Of a stretch of DNA of 64,000 nt, positions 37,176 to 46,844 are shown piece by piece; position 1 is the stretch's first letter, and every line of letters starts with the position of its first letter. The translations under genes and the position numbers were made by a program. Source of the stretch: a bacterium (lineage in GTDB: Bacteria > Patescibacteriota > Minisyncoccia > JAHIHE01); assembly GCA_030693205.1 (NCBI GenBank), contig JAUYBG010000005.1:9017-73016 (forward strand), written 5' to 3'. Under the pieces are notes generated by a model, which saw nothing but the letters and a program-made list of their open reading frames with translations, ran no database searches and had not been told where the DNA came from.

Positions 37176-38639
37176 ATGAATGATAACGATTTATTAAAAA
37201 TATTTTTAGCCGCGCAAGAATGGCAAACATTCGAATGCAAAAGAGCTGCCATTAAACCTGCTGATTTATTAGAAACAGCGGTTGCTTTTGCAAATGCCGA
37301 TGGCGGTCTTGTTGTTATAGGTCTTGAAGATTCCATGAAGGCTCAAGGAGAAAAAAGGTTTATTGGAATTAGTGAGAACGCGAGTAATGTTTCTGACTTT
37401 TTGAAACTGCTAGAAAAAGAAATCGAACCGCCGCTTATGTTGTGGGGAAAGTTTGAGCTTGATATTACAAACACGCAAGGCAAGGCGGATAAGCTTGTGG
37501 TAATAAATATTAAAAAGAGCAATGATGTGCACTCGCTTAAAAGAGGCGATACTTTCGTGAGGAAAGGCCATCAAAATGTTAAAATTGGCTCTACGGAAAT
37601 AATACGGCTTAAATATGAAAAAGGCGCCATAAAGTTTGAAAATGAAAAATCCGATATTGGCCAGCTTAATGATTTAAACCGCGACCTTTTTGAACAGTAT
37701 AAAAAAGATACATCATCCAGCGGTTTAGATGACTGGCAATTCTTGAAAGACAACGGATTAGCTCTAAATGAGGGTGGCAAATATGAATTAACTAAGGCGG
37801 GAATACTTCTTTTTGGTAAAAATCCGTCTGTTATTCTTAAAAGTAAGTGCGGAATAAAAATTTCTCATTACTATGGAACAAAGCCAACATATACCGATAA
37901 ACCGAATTTTGTAAATCGACCGTTTACGATAGAAGGACCGCTAATAAAGCAAATAGAACAAGCCATTGAATATTTTAGCAGTGTTGTTAAAAAGTCTCCG
38001 CCAAAGTTAATTGGCGCTTCTTTTGTTCCGACCTTTTTAATACCGGAATGGGCATTTCAAGAAGCAATAACTAATGCGGTTATCCATCGCAATTATTTTG
38101 TGCAAGACGATATTCAGGTTAGATTTTTTGATGATCGGGTTGAAATAGAAAGTCCAGGCACATACCCTGGTCATATTACAGTTGACAATATTAGATCGGA
38201 AAGATTTTCAAGAAACCCCTTGATTTTAAGAACACTAAATCGTTTTCAGATTGCTCCTAATTTGGATATTGGTGAGGGCGTTGATCGCATGTTTAAGGTA
38301 ATGAAAGAACAAAATTTATATGAACCGTTGTATTTTCCGCCGACCTTAAGGCCAAATTCCGTATTATTGATTTTATTAAATTTACACAAAGTCCAATATT
38401 GGGATACTGTCAGTAAATACGTAGACGAGAATTATCGAATTACAAACAAGAAAGCTCGCGAAATAACCGGTTTAAATGATGTGTTAAAAATGTCTAGGCT
38501 TTTAAAGGCATGGGTTGATAAAGGATTACTTGAAAAAATTGGATTGGCAAAAAAAGATAGCTATTATAGAAAGCCGGGTCAAGAAATACCTAAGCGTTTA
38601 TTTTCAACAGGTATTGATAATAAAATAAAAAATAGGTAA
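37176..38639 (+). CDS. Schlafen/AlbA_2 + HATPase_c_4 + wHTH protein
   Basis: E.QTFECK, AFANADGG.VVIG, EAITNAVIHRNY, IESPG, RNP, GEGVDRM, C-terminal HTH. Confidence 0.88.
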   Translation: MNDNDLLKIFLAAQEWQTFECKRAAIKPADLLETAVAFANADGGLVVIGLEDSMKAQGEKRFIGISENASNVSDFLKLLEKEIEPPLMLWGKFELDITNTQGKADKLVVINIKKSNDVHSLKRGDTFVRKGHQNVKIGSTEIIRLKYEKGAIKFENEKSDIGQLNDLNRDLFEQYKKDTSSSGLDDWQFLKDNGLALNEGGKYELTKAGILLFGKNPSVILKSKCGIKISHYYGTKPTYTDKPNFVNRPFTIEGPLIKQIEQAIEYFSSVVKKSPPKLIGASFVPTFLIPEWAFQEAITNAVIHRNYFVQDDIQVRFFDDRVEIESPGTYPGHITVDNIRSERFSRNPLILRTLNRFQIAPNLDIGEGVDRMFKVMKEQNLYEPLYFPPTLRPNSVLLILLNLHKVQYWDTVSKYVDENYRITNKKAREITGLNDVLKMSRLLKAWVDKGLLEKIGLAKKDSYYRKPGQEIPKRLFSTGIDNKIKNR

Positions 38640-38881
38640 TTATCCTTTGTTTATGCAGGTTTTCTTTAATGTCATTTTCACAGCTTTTAAAATTCAAATT
38701 CTCCAAAAAGCTAGGCTTTTTAAAATAATTTTATACGGATACAAAATTTTCAAAAGATTCAATCAAACCCAAAATCGCGGAAATTTTTGAGCAATATTTC
38801 GCAAAAATCGGACATTGTAATATCTCGACTGAATTTTCTTGCCATGGCATAAATTTTCAGTTACAGTAATTTATTTTTAAA

Positions 38882-39487
38882 ATGATTTTACCTAAAATTT
38901 TTAAAAAGAAAGATATTGAGAAGCCAAACGCAATATATGTGTTTATTGATGCGTCGAATTTATGGCAGGCGCAAAAGGCCAAAGGAAAAATGTTTGATTA
39001 TCAGAAGTTGAAAATATTTTTGAAAATAAAATTTGGCGCTTCCGAGATTCAAGTATTTTATTATACCGCCTATCCCGCCAAAGGAACGCGAGATTACTGC
39101 CTTGACGGCAGACATAAGTTTTTTACCTATTTAAAGAAAGGGCTTGGATTTATTGTGAGAAAGAAAGAATTAAAAAGAATAACAACCCATAGCGATGAAC
39201 TTGGCGATTCAATTCAGGAAAAAGGAAATATGGATGTCGAAATGACGATTGATGTAATTCATCATATGAAAAAGTATGATGTTGCTGTATTATTTACGGG
39301 CGATTCTGATTTTCTTGAGTTGGTAACTTATGTAAAAAATGGAGGCAAAAAAGTTTATATCTTTTCTTCAAAGAATAATATTTCCCAAGAATTGCGAACA
39401 GGCGGGGATGGTTATTTTGATGTACTTAATATTGGAGAAGATATTTGGGGCAGAGAATTAAAGCGTAGGGAGAATATGCCGAAATAA
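38882..39487 (+). CDS. NYN (LabA/DUF88, PIN-like) nuclease
   Basis: VFIDASN, KGNMDVEM.ID, LFTGDSDF. Confidence 0.92.
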   Translation: MILPKIFKKKDIEKPNAIYVFIDASNLWQAQKAKGKMFDYQKLKIFLKIKFGASEIQVFYYTAYPAKGTRDYCLDGRHKFFTYLKKGLGFIVRKKELKRITTHSDELGDSIQEKGNMDVEMTIDVIHHMKKYDVAVLFTGDSDFLELVTYVKNGGKKVYIFSSKNNISQELRTGGDGYFDVLNIGEDIWGRELKRRENMPK

Positions 39488-39557
39488 AAAGCAACCCTCC
39501 TCGCGGAAGGTTGCCCTTGGATGTAAAACCCTATCAGTTTATGGAAAACCAATAGAT
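39486..39557 (-). ncRNA. Candidate ~70-nt RNA convergent on the NYN gene
   Basis: Minus-strand TTGACT plus TATATT/TATTAT promoter (39562-39591), 10-bp hairpin, then GNRA-loop terminator with U tract. Confidence 0.6.
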
Positions 39558-39659
39558 ACTTATAATATACTCTTTCTAAATTTAAAGTCAATAGTCTATC
39601 CACATAATCAATAAAATTAAAATTTTCCAAAGATCTAATCAAAGAATAAGATAAATATT

Positions 39660-40033
39660 ATGGAAACTACAAAAATAGCTTTATTTAAAGGAAAAAAAAT
39701 TAGACGAATTATTTTTAAAAATGAGTGGTATTTTTCAGTTGTTGATATTATTGAGGCGTTAACGGATAGCGTTCAGCCGAGTAAATATTGGACCGCAATG
39801 AAAGCAAGGGTTAATTTGGAAGATGAAGTTCAGTTATCTACAATTTGTAGACGACTGAAATTCATCGCCAAGAAAATTCAGAAGGCATACCAAAATTAAA
39901 GCAAGATGCCGGCAGGGGAGGGAAGATAGCCGGAAACGCCAGAAAAGAACTGGAAAAAGAATTAGGCAGACCAATTGTGTCTAAAAAGAATTATTTGCAA
40001 AAACCGAAAAATAAAAAGTTATTAGATAAATAA
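39660..40033 (+). pseudogene. Internally deleted Bro-N / phage antirepressor-like gene
   Basis: Bro-N N-terminus (FKGKKIR...WYFSVVDIIEALTDS); family C-terminus (RGGKIAGNARKELE...IVS..NYL) follows directly in another frame. Confidence 0.7.
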
Positions 40034-40147
40034 TATGAACTTAAAAATCTTAAAAATCAATTCATATTGAAAATCTGAACACAAAATTTTCAAAAGATTT
40101 AATTAAAGGACAAGATAAATATTTGGCGCTTTTCAAGAGTATAATTT

Positions 40148-41407
40148 ATGAAAACAAAAACAAAAGAAAATGATCTATGGGATGTCGTGGTGATCGGCGG
40201 AGGGCCGGCGGGAATGATGGCGGCGGGAAGGGCGGCGGAGCGCGGTTTGTCAGTTTTACTCTTGGAAAAAAATGCGGTACTCGGAAAAAAACTTCTGCTT
40301 ACTGGCGGCGGGCGGTGCAATTTAACTAATAATATTTCCGATATTCGCTTGTTGTCAGCGAAGTATAAAAAAAGCGGCAAGTTTTTATTGTCGGCTTTTT
40401 CACAGTTTGGCGTTGAGGAAACGCTTGAGTTTTTCAATAGCCGGGGAATGGCGACGAAAGAAGAAGACGACGAAAGAATTTTTCCTGTTTCCAATCAGGC
40501 GCAATCGGTTTTAGATGTGCTGATTCGCTATATGAAAAAAGGCGGAGTAAAAATTGAGACTAATTCTGAAGTTAACGATTTGACGATTGGCGCGAAAAAA
40601 AAGCATTTTAACATTCGGATCAAGGACGGAAAAGAGTTAAAAGCGAAATCATGTATTGTCGCGACCGGAGGCACTGCGCTTTCTGTTACCGGTTCCACCG
40701 GCGATGGATTTATTTGGCTTAAAAAACTTGGACATGCTATTGCCGAAAATAATCTCGCGCTTGTGCCGGTCGCGTTGAAAGATATTTGGGCGAAAAAATT
40801 AAGCGGAATAATTCTTGAAGATATTAAGCTTACGATATTTCAGAATGGCCGCAAATACGGAGCGGAAAAAGGCAAGATGCTTTTTGCCCATTTTGGGATT
40901 ACCGGACCGCTAGTGCTTAATATGAGCAGGGAAATCGGCGAGCTGATAAAGAATGGCGAAGTTATTATATCGCTTGATCTTTTTCCGGGCCTTGATCAAA
41001 ATGCATTGAGTAAAAAATTTCTGGAACTTCTCCAAAACGAGAGTAATAAAAAATTGAAAAATACATTAAGCCTTTTTATTCCTTCGGCGCTTGCTTTAGA
41101 AGTTTTAGAGATGGCGAGTATTGATGGCGAAACTTTTAACCATAGTTTAAAAAGCGAAGAACGGGTGAAATTACTTGCGATGTTAAAAAATATTACTCTT
41201 AATGTCCGGGGCTTGCTTGGAGCGGATAAAGCGATTGCTTCTTCGGGCGGTGTTGAGCTCCGAGACGTAGACTTTAAGACAATGCAGTCGCGTCTTGTGC
41301 CTCGCTTGTATATTATCGGAGACGCGTTAAATATTGATCGCGCTTCCGGCGGCTACAGCCTGCAGCTTTGTTGGACGACCGGTTTTGTGGCGGGAGATAA
41401 TTGCTGA
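40148..41407 (+). CDS. HI0933/BaiN/YhiN family flavoprotein
   Basis: GGGPAG, GKKLLLTGGGRCN, TGSTGDG, GGYSLQ.CW.TG. Confidence 0.92.
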   Translation: MKTKTKENDLWDVVVIGGGPAGMMAAGRAAERGLSVLLLEKNAVLGKKLLLTGGGRCNLTNNISDIRLLSAKYKKSGKFLLSAFSQFGVEETLEFFNSRGMATKEEDDERIFPVSNQAQSVLDVLIRYMKKGGVKIETNSEVNDLTIGAKKKHFNIRIKDGKELKAKSCIVATGGTALSVTGSTGDGFIWLKKLGHAIAENNLALVPVALKDIWAKKLSGIILEDIKLTIFQNGRKYGAEKGKMLFAHFGITGPLVLNMSREIGELIKNGEVIISLDLFPGLDQNALSKKFLELLQNESNKKLKNTLSLFIPSALALEVLEMASIDGETFNHSLKSEERVKLLAMLKNITLNVRGLLGADKAIASSGGVELRDVDFKTMQSRLVPRLYIIGDALNIDRASGGYSLQLCWTTGFVAGDNC

Positions 41408-41436
41408 AGGCTATAAAGACTTTATTTGCTTCTCAT

Positions 41437-41459
41437 ACCGGGCGCAAAACCCGGTTTTT
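41437..41459 (+). terminator. Intrinsic terminator
   Basis: ACCGGG-CGCAAAA-CCCGGT-TTTT. Confidence 0.7.
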
Positions 41460-41521
41460 AATTTTATGGCAGATTTACAGGGTTTGTGATATAATTAAAC
41501 AAAATAGCTTAGAATAATCTT

Positions 41522-41848
41522 ATGTTTAGTCCCGTTATTAATTTTTTTTACGGCTGGTATATTGATGATACGAGAAATTTTTGGAATTGGCTCGGCAAGC
41601 TTTTAAAAACCCTTGATCGCGACATAGGATTAGTTGGTAATTTGCAAAACTGGGCAAGTCCTCTTTATGGAGACTATACTTATGTTGGGATAGTGATAGG
41701 GCCGATCCTAAGGACTATGAGGATTTTTTTTGGTCTGGCTTTTTACTCGGTAATAGCTTTTTTTTCGTTGATGGTTTATTTATTTTGGATAGCTTTGCCA
41801 ATGGTGGCAATTATAATGGTATTTTTAAATTTATTTGATAAAAGATAA
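41522..41848 (+). CDS. Small membrane protein coupled to the Clp ATPase gene
   Basis: Aromatic-rich N-terminus, PLYGDY, hydrophobic C-terminus; stop 2 nt before the next ATG. Confidence 0.65.
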   Translation: MFSPVINFFYGWYIDDTRNFWNWLGKLLKTLDRDIGLVGNLQNWASPLYGDYTYVGIVIGPILRTMRIFFGLAFYSVIAFFSLMVYLFWIALPMVAIIMVFLNLFDKR

Positions 41849-41850
41849 TA

Positions 41851-44586
41851 ATGGCGGGGATCAATGTCAATAAAAACAAGGATAGTATGGAAATTATAAC
41901 TTGCTCTGTTTGCGGCGGCTTGGGAATTGTTGTCGCTCGTCAATCGGAAGCAAAAAGCCAAACGTGCCAAGAATGCGGCGGCGCGGGAGTGTGGCTCGCA
42001 AAAGGCAATGAAAAATATTTTTGGCAGCCGCAAAACAAAATAGGTTCGTCCTTATCCCGATGGCTAAAGACCGTTGTAGCTGTTGCTATTAAGATTTTGG
42101 CGATTTTTTTTATCATTTCTTCTTATGACAAAGCGATTGTTTTTCTGGAATCTTCCGATGATATTTTTGCTTTGTTCACTCAAAAAGGCGTCGAACCTTT
42201 TCTTTTTTGGGCATCAACGCTTGTTTTGGTTTACTGGATCTATCTTTTGCGGGCGGCGGCAAAAAAAGAGCGCGAACAAGATTTTGATATTTTTAAAATA
42301 GTATTCGGTGTGTTTGATAAAGCGGAAACAAATCGGGGAAGCGGGTTCAATATTGAGCCGCTTTTGGATTCTTCGGCCAAGGGAAAAATTTACGAAGCCG
42401 GAGCGATTGCCGAAGGATCAAAAAACCAGGTTGGCGTTTGGCATTTACTGAAAGCGCTGTTTAGTGATCGGGATATTGAACGGATCATTGCTATGCTTGA
42501 AGTCAGCCAAAAAGAAATGATCGAATTAATAAATAATAAGATCAAAGAAACCGCCGAGCCGATCTTAGGAGAGCAAAAAGTTCAATTCAATGCCGATATT
42601 AAGAAAGCCGTGATCGGTTCTTTGCTGGAAGCGGTAAAAATGGGTAGGAAAGATATTGATAAAATAAGCCTTTTTTCTTCGGTGGCGATAAATCTTAAGG
42701 ATGTTAATTTTTTCTTGCAGGGATCGGGGATCAACGCGGAGAATCTTCATACGGGAGTATTGTGGTCTCAAAAGGAAAATAACGGAGGATTCTTACAAAA
42801 GTTATTTATAAAAAAAGGGCTCAGAAGAGTAACGATCAAGCATCGGATAATGAATAGCGCGTGGACAGCCAGGCCGACGCCGACTCTTGATAAATTCAGC
42901 TACGACATAACCGATTATGCGGCGGCGGGGGTTTTGCCTCCGATCGTGGGCAGAGAAAAGGAGATCAGCGAAGTAATGAGAATTTTGGAGAGAAACAGCA
43001 AGAATAATGTGCTTTTGATCGGCGAGACAGGGAGCGGCAGAAGATCTATCGTTAACGCGATCGGCAGATTAATGGCTAGTGATAAATGTTTGTCAAAACT
43101 TAGAGACAAGCGTCTGGTTTCTCTTGATGCTTCATTGGTAGTTTCCGGAGTGACGGCAGGCGGTGAGCTTGAGGAGAGAATACAAGATATTTTGCAGGAA
43201 ATCCAATTGGCGGGGAATATTATTTTTTTTATTCCCGATATTCATAATTTAGCCGACTCGGGCGCTGAGCATGGTTTTGATGTTTCGGAAATCCTAACTC
43301 CGGTTTTCAGACAAAGCTATTTACAGGTAATTGGTACGACAACTTTTTTTGATTATCACCAGACGATCGAGAAGCGCGGCGATTTTGCCGATACTTTTGA
43401 TATAGTTAAGGTGGAAGAGGTTACTCCCGATGTTGCTTTGGAAATTTTATCAAGGGAATCATACGGAATAGAGGAAAAAGAAGAAGTTCGGTTTACTTTT
43501 AATGCTCTTAAAAAAGCGGTTGATCTTTCCCAAAGGTACATTTTTAACAAGCTTTTGCCCGCCAAGGCTGTGGATCTATTAAGCGAGGCTGCGGTTATGG
43601 TGAAAGTGCGATCGGGAAAAGATTCTTTGGTAAAGAGCGAAGACATCATGGCTTTGGTGACCGAAAAGACAGGGGTGCCGGTTATTGATATTACAAGCAA
43701 GGAAGCGAATATATTAAATAATCTTGAATCAGAGATTCACAAAAGAATGATCGGCCAGGATTTGGCGGTTAAAGCGATTTCCGAAGCGATCAAAAGAATG
43801 CGAGTGGGTTTGAAGAACGAGAAAAAACCTATGGGTGTGTTTCTTTTTTTGGGGCCGACGGGAGTGGGGAAAACAGAGCTGGCTAAGACTCTGGCTGAGG
43901 TTTATTTCGGTTCGGAAAAATTAATGGTGCGCCTGGATATGAGCGAGTTTCAGTCGGTGCAAAGCATTGAAAAACTGATCGGTTCTCCGGACGGAGTTGT
44001 CAGCGGCCAGTTGACCGAGGCGGTAAAAAAGAAGCCGTTTTCGCTTGTCTTGCTTGATGAGTTTGAAAAAGCGCATCCCAATGTTCTAAATTTATTTTTG
44101 CAGGTTTTTGACGATGGCCGCCTTACGGACAGTTTGGGCCGGTTGGTGGATTTTACCAATACTATTATTATTGCCACATCCAATGCCGGATCGAAGATCA
44201 TTCAGGAGCGGCTAAGGGAAGGAAAAACCATACCGGAATTCCAGGCGGAATTCGAAAAGAATTTATTGGAATATTTCAAACCGGAACTTTTGAATCGTTT
44301 TAACGCGCAGATCATATTCAAGACTTTATCCGAGGACGATATTACTCAGATCGCGAAGCTGCAGATCAAGAATCTTTCCAAGCGCATGGAGAAGGCTCAG
44401 GGCATTGAAATAAAGATCACAGATGAGGCGGTGGCAAAAATTTCAAGAATAGGATATAATCCTTTTTTTGGCGCTCGTAATTTGCAGAGGGTGATCACAG
44501 AAAAGATCGAAAACGTTATTGCCGATAAGTTTTTGAAAGGGGAGATCAAGCGCGGACAGGTTTATACGGTTAAAGATATAGAATAA
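41851..44586 (+). CDS. Membrane-anchored ClpA/C-family AAA+ ATPase
   Basis: Two CxxCxGxG motifs, two TMs, degenerate NBD1 (GETGSGRRS), intact NBD2 (GPTGVGKT, LLDEFEK, GARNL). Confidence 0.88.
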   Translation: MAGINVNKNKDSMEIITCSVCGGLGIVVARQSEAKSQTCQECGGAGVWLAKGNEKYFWQPQNKIGSSLSRWLKTVVAVAIKILAIFFIISSYDKAIVFLESSDDIFALFTQKGVEPFLFWASTLVLVYWIYLLRAAAKKEREQDFDIFKIVFGVFDKAETNRGSGFNIEPLLDSSAKGKIYEAGAIAEGSKNQVGVWHLLKALFSDRDIERIIAMLEVSQKEMIELINNKIKETAEPILGEQKVQFNADIKKAVIGSLLEAVKMGRKDIDKISLFSSVAINLKDVNFFLQGSGINAENLHTGVLWSQKENNGGFLQKLFIKKGLRRVTIKHRIMNSAWTARPTPTLDKFSYDITDYAAAGVLPPIVGREKEISEVMRILERNSKNNVLLIGETGSGRRSIVNAIGRLMASDKCLSKLRDKRLVSLDASLVVSGVTAGGELEERIQDILQEIQLAGNIIFFIPDIHNLADSGAEHGFDVSEILTPVFRQSYLQVIGTTTFFDYHQTIEKRGDFADTFDIVKVEEVTPDVALEILSRESYGIEEKEEVRFTFNALKKAVDLSQRYIFNKLLPAKAVDLLSEAAVMVKVRSGKDSLVKSEDIMALVTEKTGVPVIDITSKEANILNNLESEIHKRMIGQDLAVKAISEAIKRMRVGLKNEKKPMGVFLFLGPTGVGKTELAKTLAEVYFGSEKLMVRLDMSEFQSVQSIEKLIGSPDGVVSGQLTEAVKKKPFSLVLLDEFEKAHPNVLNLFLQVFDDGRLTDSLGRLVDFTNTIIIATSNAGSKIIQERLREGKTIPEFQAEFEKNLLEYFKPELLNRFNAQIIFKTLSEDDITQIAKLQIKNLSKRMEKAQGIEIKITDEAVAKISRIGYNPFFGARNLQRVITEKIENVIADKFLKGEIKRGQVYTVKDIE

Positions 44587-44590
44587 TTTT

Positions 44591-44670
44591 TAAGTTATAA
44601 AGTTATAAAGTGAAAAGTTATAAAGTAAATTAAATTACGACCTTACAACTTTAAGAACTTTATAAACTTT
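44591..44670. repeat. 8-mer tandem repeat with inverted counterpart
   Basis: TTATAAAG units followed by ACTTTAAG/ACTTTATA units. Confidence 0.65.
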
Positions 44671-44680
44671 TTACTAATTC

Positions 44681-44815
44681 ATGGGTGTTATTGAAAATAA
44701 TTCCAAGTGGTTTTTTAAGAGGACGCTCTTTCTTTGGCTGCCATTTGCCGCGATCATTTTACTTATTCAAAAATGGCGAGAGGAAAGAAAGAAAAAAGAA
44801 GAGGAAGAAAAATGA
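44681..44815 (+). CDS. Small single-TM protein (44 aa)
   Basis: Read by hand: MGVIENNSKWFFKRTLFLWLPFAAIILLIQKWREERKKKEEEEK; fills the gap. Confidence 0.55.
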   Translation: MGVIENNSKWFFKRTLFLWLPFAAIILLIQKWREERKKKEEEEK

Positions 44816-44841
44816 TCAGTTTATAAATTTTTTACCGGGAC

Positions 44842-45984
44842 ATGCTTAATGCCAGATTTTTCAATGCTCTTGCGATGCTCGTCGGCACTATTATCGGCGC
44901 CGGTATTTTTGGTTTGCCATATGTCGCGGCAAAAACGGGCTTGGTTCCCACGGTGATTTATTTGACAGTGCTGACTTTTATCGTTTTGTTGATGCATCTT
45001 TTGTACGGAGAAGTCGTTTTGAGGACCAAAGGCAAGCATCGCTTGGTGGGTTACGCCGAGATCTATCTGGGAAAATGGGGGAAAAGGGTCGCGACTTTAT
45101 CCGTTGTTTTGGGCGGTTACGCCGGCCTTTTGATCTATATAATCTTAAGCGGCGTTTTTTTATCCAATCTTTTGGGAGAATTTTTTGGCCATGATCCGCG
45201 GCCTTATAGCATAATCGTATTTTTTGTCTCTTTTATTTTTATTGCCGGCGGGCTCAAAGTTGTTTCGTGGGTAGAGTCATTTTTGTCTTTTTTGCTTGTT
45301 GCCGCTATTTTTCTTTTTTTAGCAAAAGGATCTTCTTCAATCAGCCTTTCCAGTTTTACAGAGAGTATTAATTGGTCCGAAATTTTCTTGCCCTACGGGG
45401 TGCTTCTTTTTGCTTTGACCGGCGGTTCGATCATTCCAGATTTGATATCGGTTTTGGAAAAAAAAGAAAATTTGATCAAAAAAACAATCATTATCGGCAC
45501 TTTGATCCCCGCCGTTATTTATTTTTTATTTATCGTAATAATTTTTGGAATTACCGGAGAAGCTACTACGCCGGACGCGATAACGGGATTAAAAAATTTT
45601 TATGGCGACGGGTTCGTGAAGATCGGCGCGCTAGTCGGATTTTTGGCGGTGATCACTTCGTTTTTGGCTTTTGGCATCAATTTGAAAAAAACCCTACAGC
45701 ATGATTATAAATTTTCCAAAGCTTTATCTCTGGTGCTGGCGCTATTTGTTCCGTTCTTGATATTTTCAACCGGCTTTAACGATTTTATCCGCGTGATCGG
45801 ATTTTCGGGAGCGGTAATGGGTGGCATTGACGGCGTCTTGATAATTTTGATGTATCAGAAAGCCGATCGCGAAGGCAAAGGCACAAGAAAGCCGGAGTAT
45901 GATATTCCAACTTCAAAAGCTTTGGAATATTTGCTAGTTGTTGTTTTTGCGTTGGGAATTATTTATGCGATTTTAAATCCATAA
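44842..45984 (+). CDS. Aromatic amino acid permease family transporter
   Basis: GTIIGAGIFGLPY, about 11 TM, AVITSF. Confidence 0.88.
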   Translation: MLNARFFNALAMLVGTIIGAGIFGLPYVAAKTGLVPTVIYLTVLTFIVLLMHLLYGEVVLRTKGKHRLVGYAEIYLGKWGKRVATLSVVLGGYAGLLIYIILSGVFLSNLLGEFFGHDPRPYSIIVFFVSFIFIAGGLKVVSWVESFLSFLLVAAIFLFLAKGSSSISLSSFTESINWSEIFLPYGVLLFALTGGSIIPDLISVLEKKENLIKKTIIIGTLIPAVIYFLFIVIIFGITGEATTPDAITGLKNFYGDGFVKIGALVGFLAVITSFLAFGINLKKTLQHDYKFSKALSLVLALFVPFLIFSTGFNDFIRVIGFSGAVMGGIDGVLIILMYQKADREGKGTRKPEYDIPTSKALEYLLVVVFALGIIYAILNP

Positions 45985-46012
45985 AACAAAGTTTTGCTTG
46001 AAAAATATTTAT

Positions 46013-46378
46013 ATGAATTTTAAAGATAAAAATATTTTGAATTGGATATTGCTCATTTTTTGGATGGGAGTTATTTTTTATTTTTCCAATCAGCTGGATC
46101 TGAAATCCGGATTTGAAAGCCGGCTGGATTTTATTTTGCGAAAAGCTGCGCATATTGCCGAATACGCGATTTTGACATATTTGGCCTGGCAGGCGATAGG
46201 CGACGGGGTGAAAAGTAAAAAATATTTGATCTATGCCGTGATTTTTTCCATATTATACGCGATTGGCGATGAATATCATCAGACATTTGTGCGCTCAAGG
46301 ATCGGAAGTCCCATTGATGTTTTAGTTGATAGTGTGGGAATAACTCTGGCCGGGTTGATAATTTGGAAAAGAAAATAA
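46013..46378 (+). CDS. VanZ family protein
   Basis: RKAAHIAEY, DEYHQTFV..R, D...D..G. Confidence 0.88.
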   Translation: MNFKDKNILNWILLIFWMGVIFYFSNQLDLKSGFESRLDFILRKAAHIAEYAILTYLAWQAIGDGVKSKKYLIYAVIFSILYAIGDEYHQTFVRSRIGSPIDVLVDSVGITLAGLIIWKRK

Positions 46379-46388
46379 AACAGGTTAT

Positions 46389-46419
46389 AATAAAAACTGC
46401 CGTAAAGGGCAGTTTTTAT
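46389..46419. terminator. Bidirectional terminator
   Basis: TAAAAACTGCC-GTAAAG-GGCAGTTTTTA between convergent genes. Confidence 0.85.
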
Positions 46420-46441
46420 TTTTACAGAAATATGCTTTAAC

Positions 46442-46789
46442 TTATTTTCGCGCCGTTTCCACTATTGTTTTGAAAACTTCGGGATTTTTGACGGCCAATT
46501 CCGATAATACTTTCCGATTTAATTTGATATTGGCTTTTTTAAGTCCGCCCATGAATTTGCTGTATGAAAAATCATAAGGCATCAATGCGGCGGAAATTCT
46601 GATATTCCAAAGCGCGCGGAAATCGCGTTTTTTAAGCCGTCGGCCGATCCAGGCGTATTTGCCGGCTTTGAGCAGAGCTTCATTGGCCGCGCGGAAAGTC
46701 GTGCTTCTTCTGCCAAGAAATCCTTTGGCTCGTTTTAATATTTTTTTGTGGCGCTTTCTGGTTATTACGCCTCTTTTTACTCTGGTCAT
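46442..46789 (-). CDS. rplT: 50S ribosomal protein bL20
   Basis: MTRVKRG, KKRDFRALW..RI, LNRKVLSELA. Confidence 0.97.
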   Translation of the reverse strand: MTRVKRGVITRKRHKKILKRAKGFLGRRSTTFRAANEALLKAGKYAWIGRRLKKRDFRALWNIRISAALMPYDFSYSKFMGGLKKANIKLNRKVLSELAVKNPEVFKTIVETARK

Positions 46790-46844
46790 AGGTTTAAATT
46801 TTTAATTTCTAATTTTGTGATTTTAAAATTTCGTTCGGTAAAAA

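Larger units (their letters stand above)
38741..40123 (+). repeat. Three degenerate direct repeats (38741-38767, 39619-39659, 40081-40123)
   Basis: Core AAAATTTTCMAAAGATYYAATYAAA; copies 2 and 3 match 36/41; copies 1 and 3 share 19 identical nt. Confidence 0.7.

Noticed and set aside
39660-40033. Prophage signalled by Bro-N
   Set aside because: Deleted remnant with no structural, replication or lysis genes nearby.
38741-44670. CRISPR array or integron
   Set aside because: Repeats are degenerate and gene-spaced, or microsatellite-like; no cas or intI genes; no clear attC structure.
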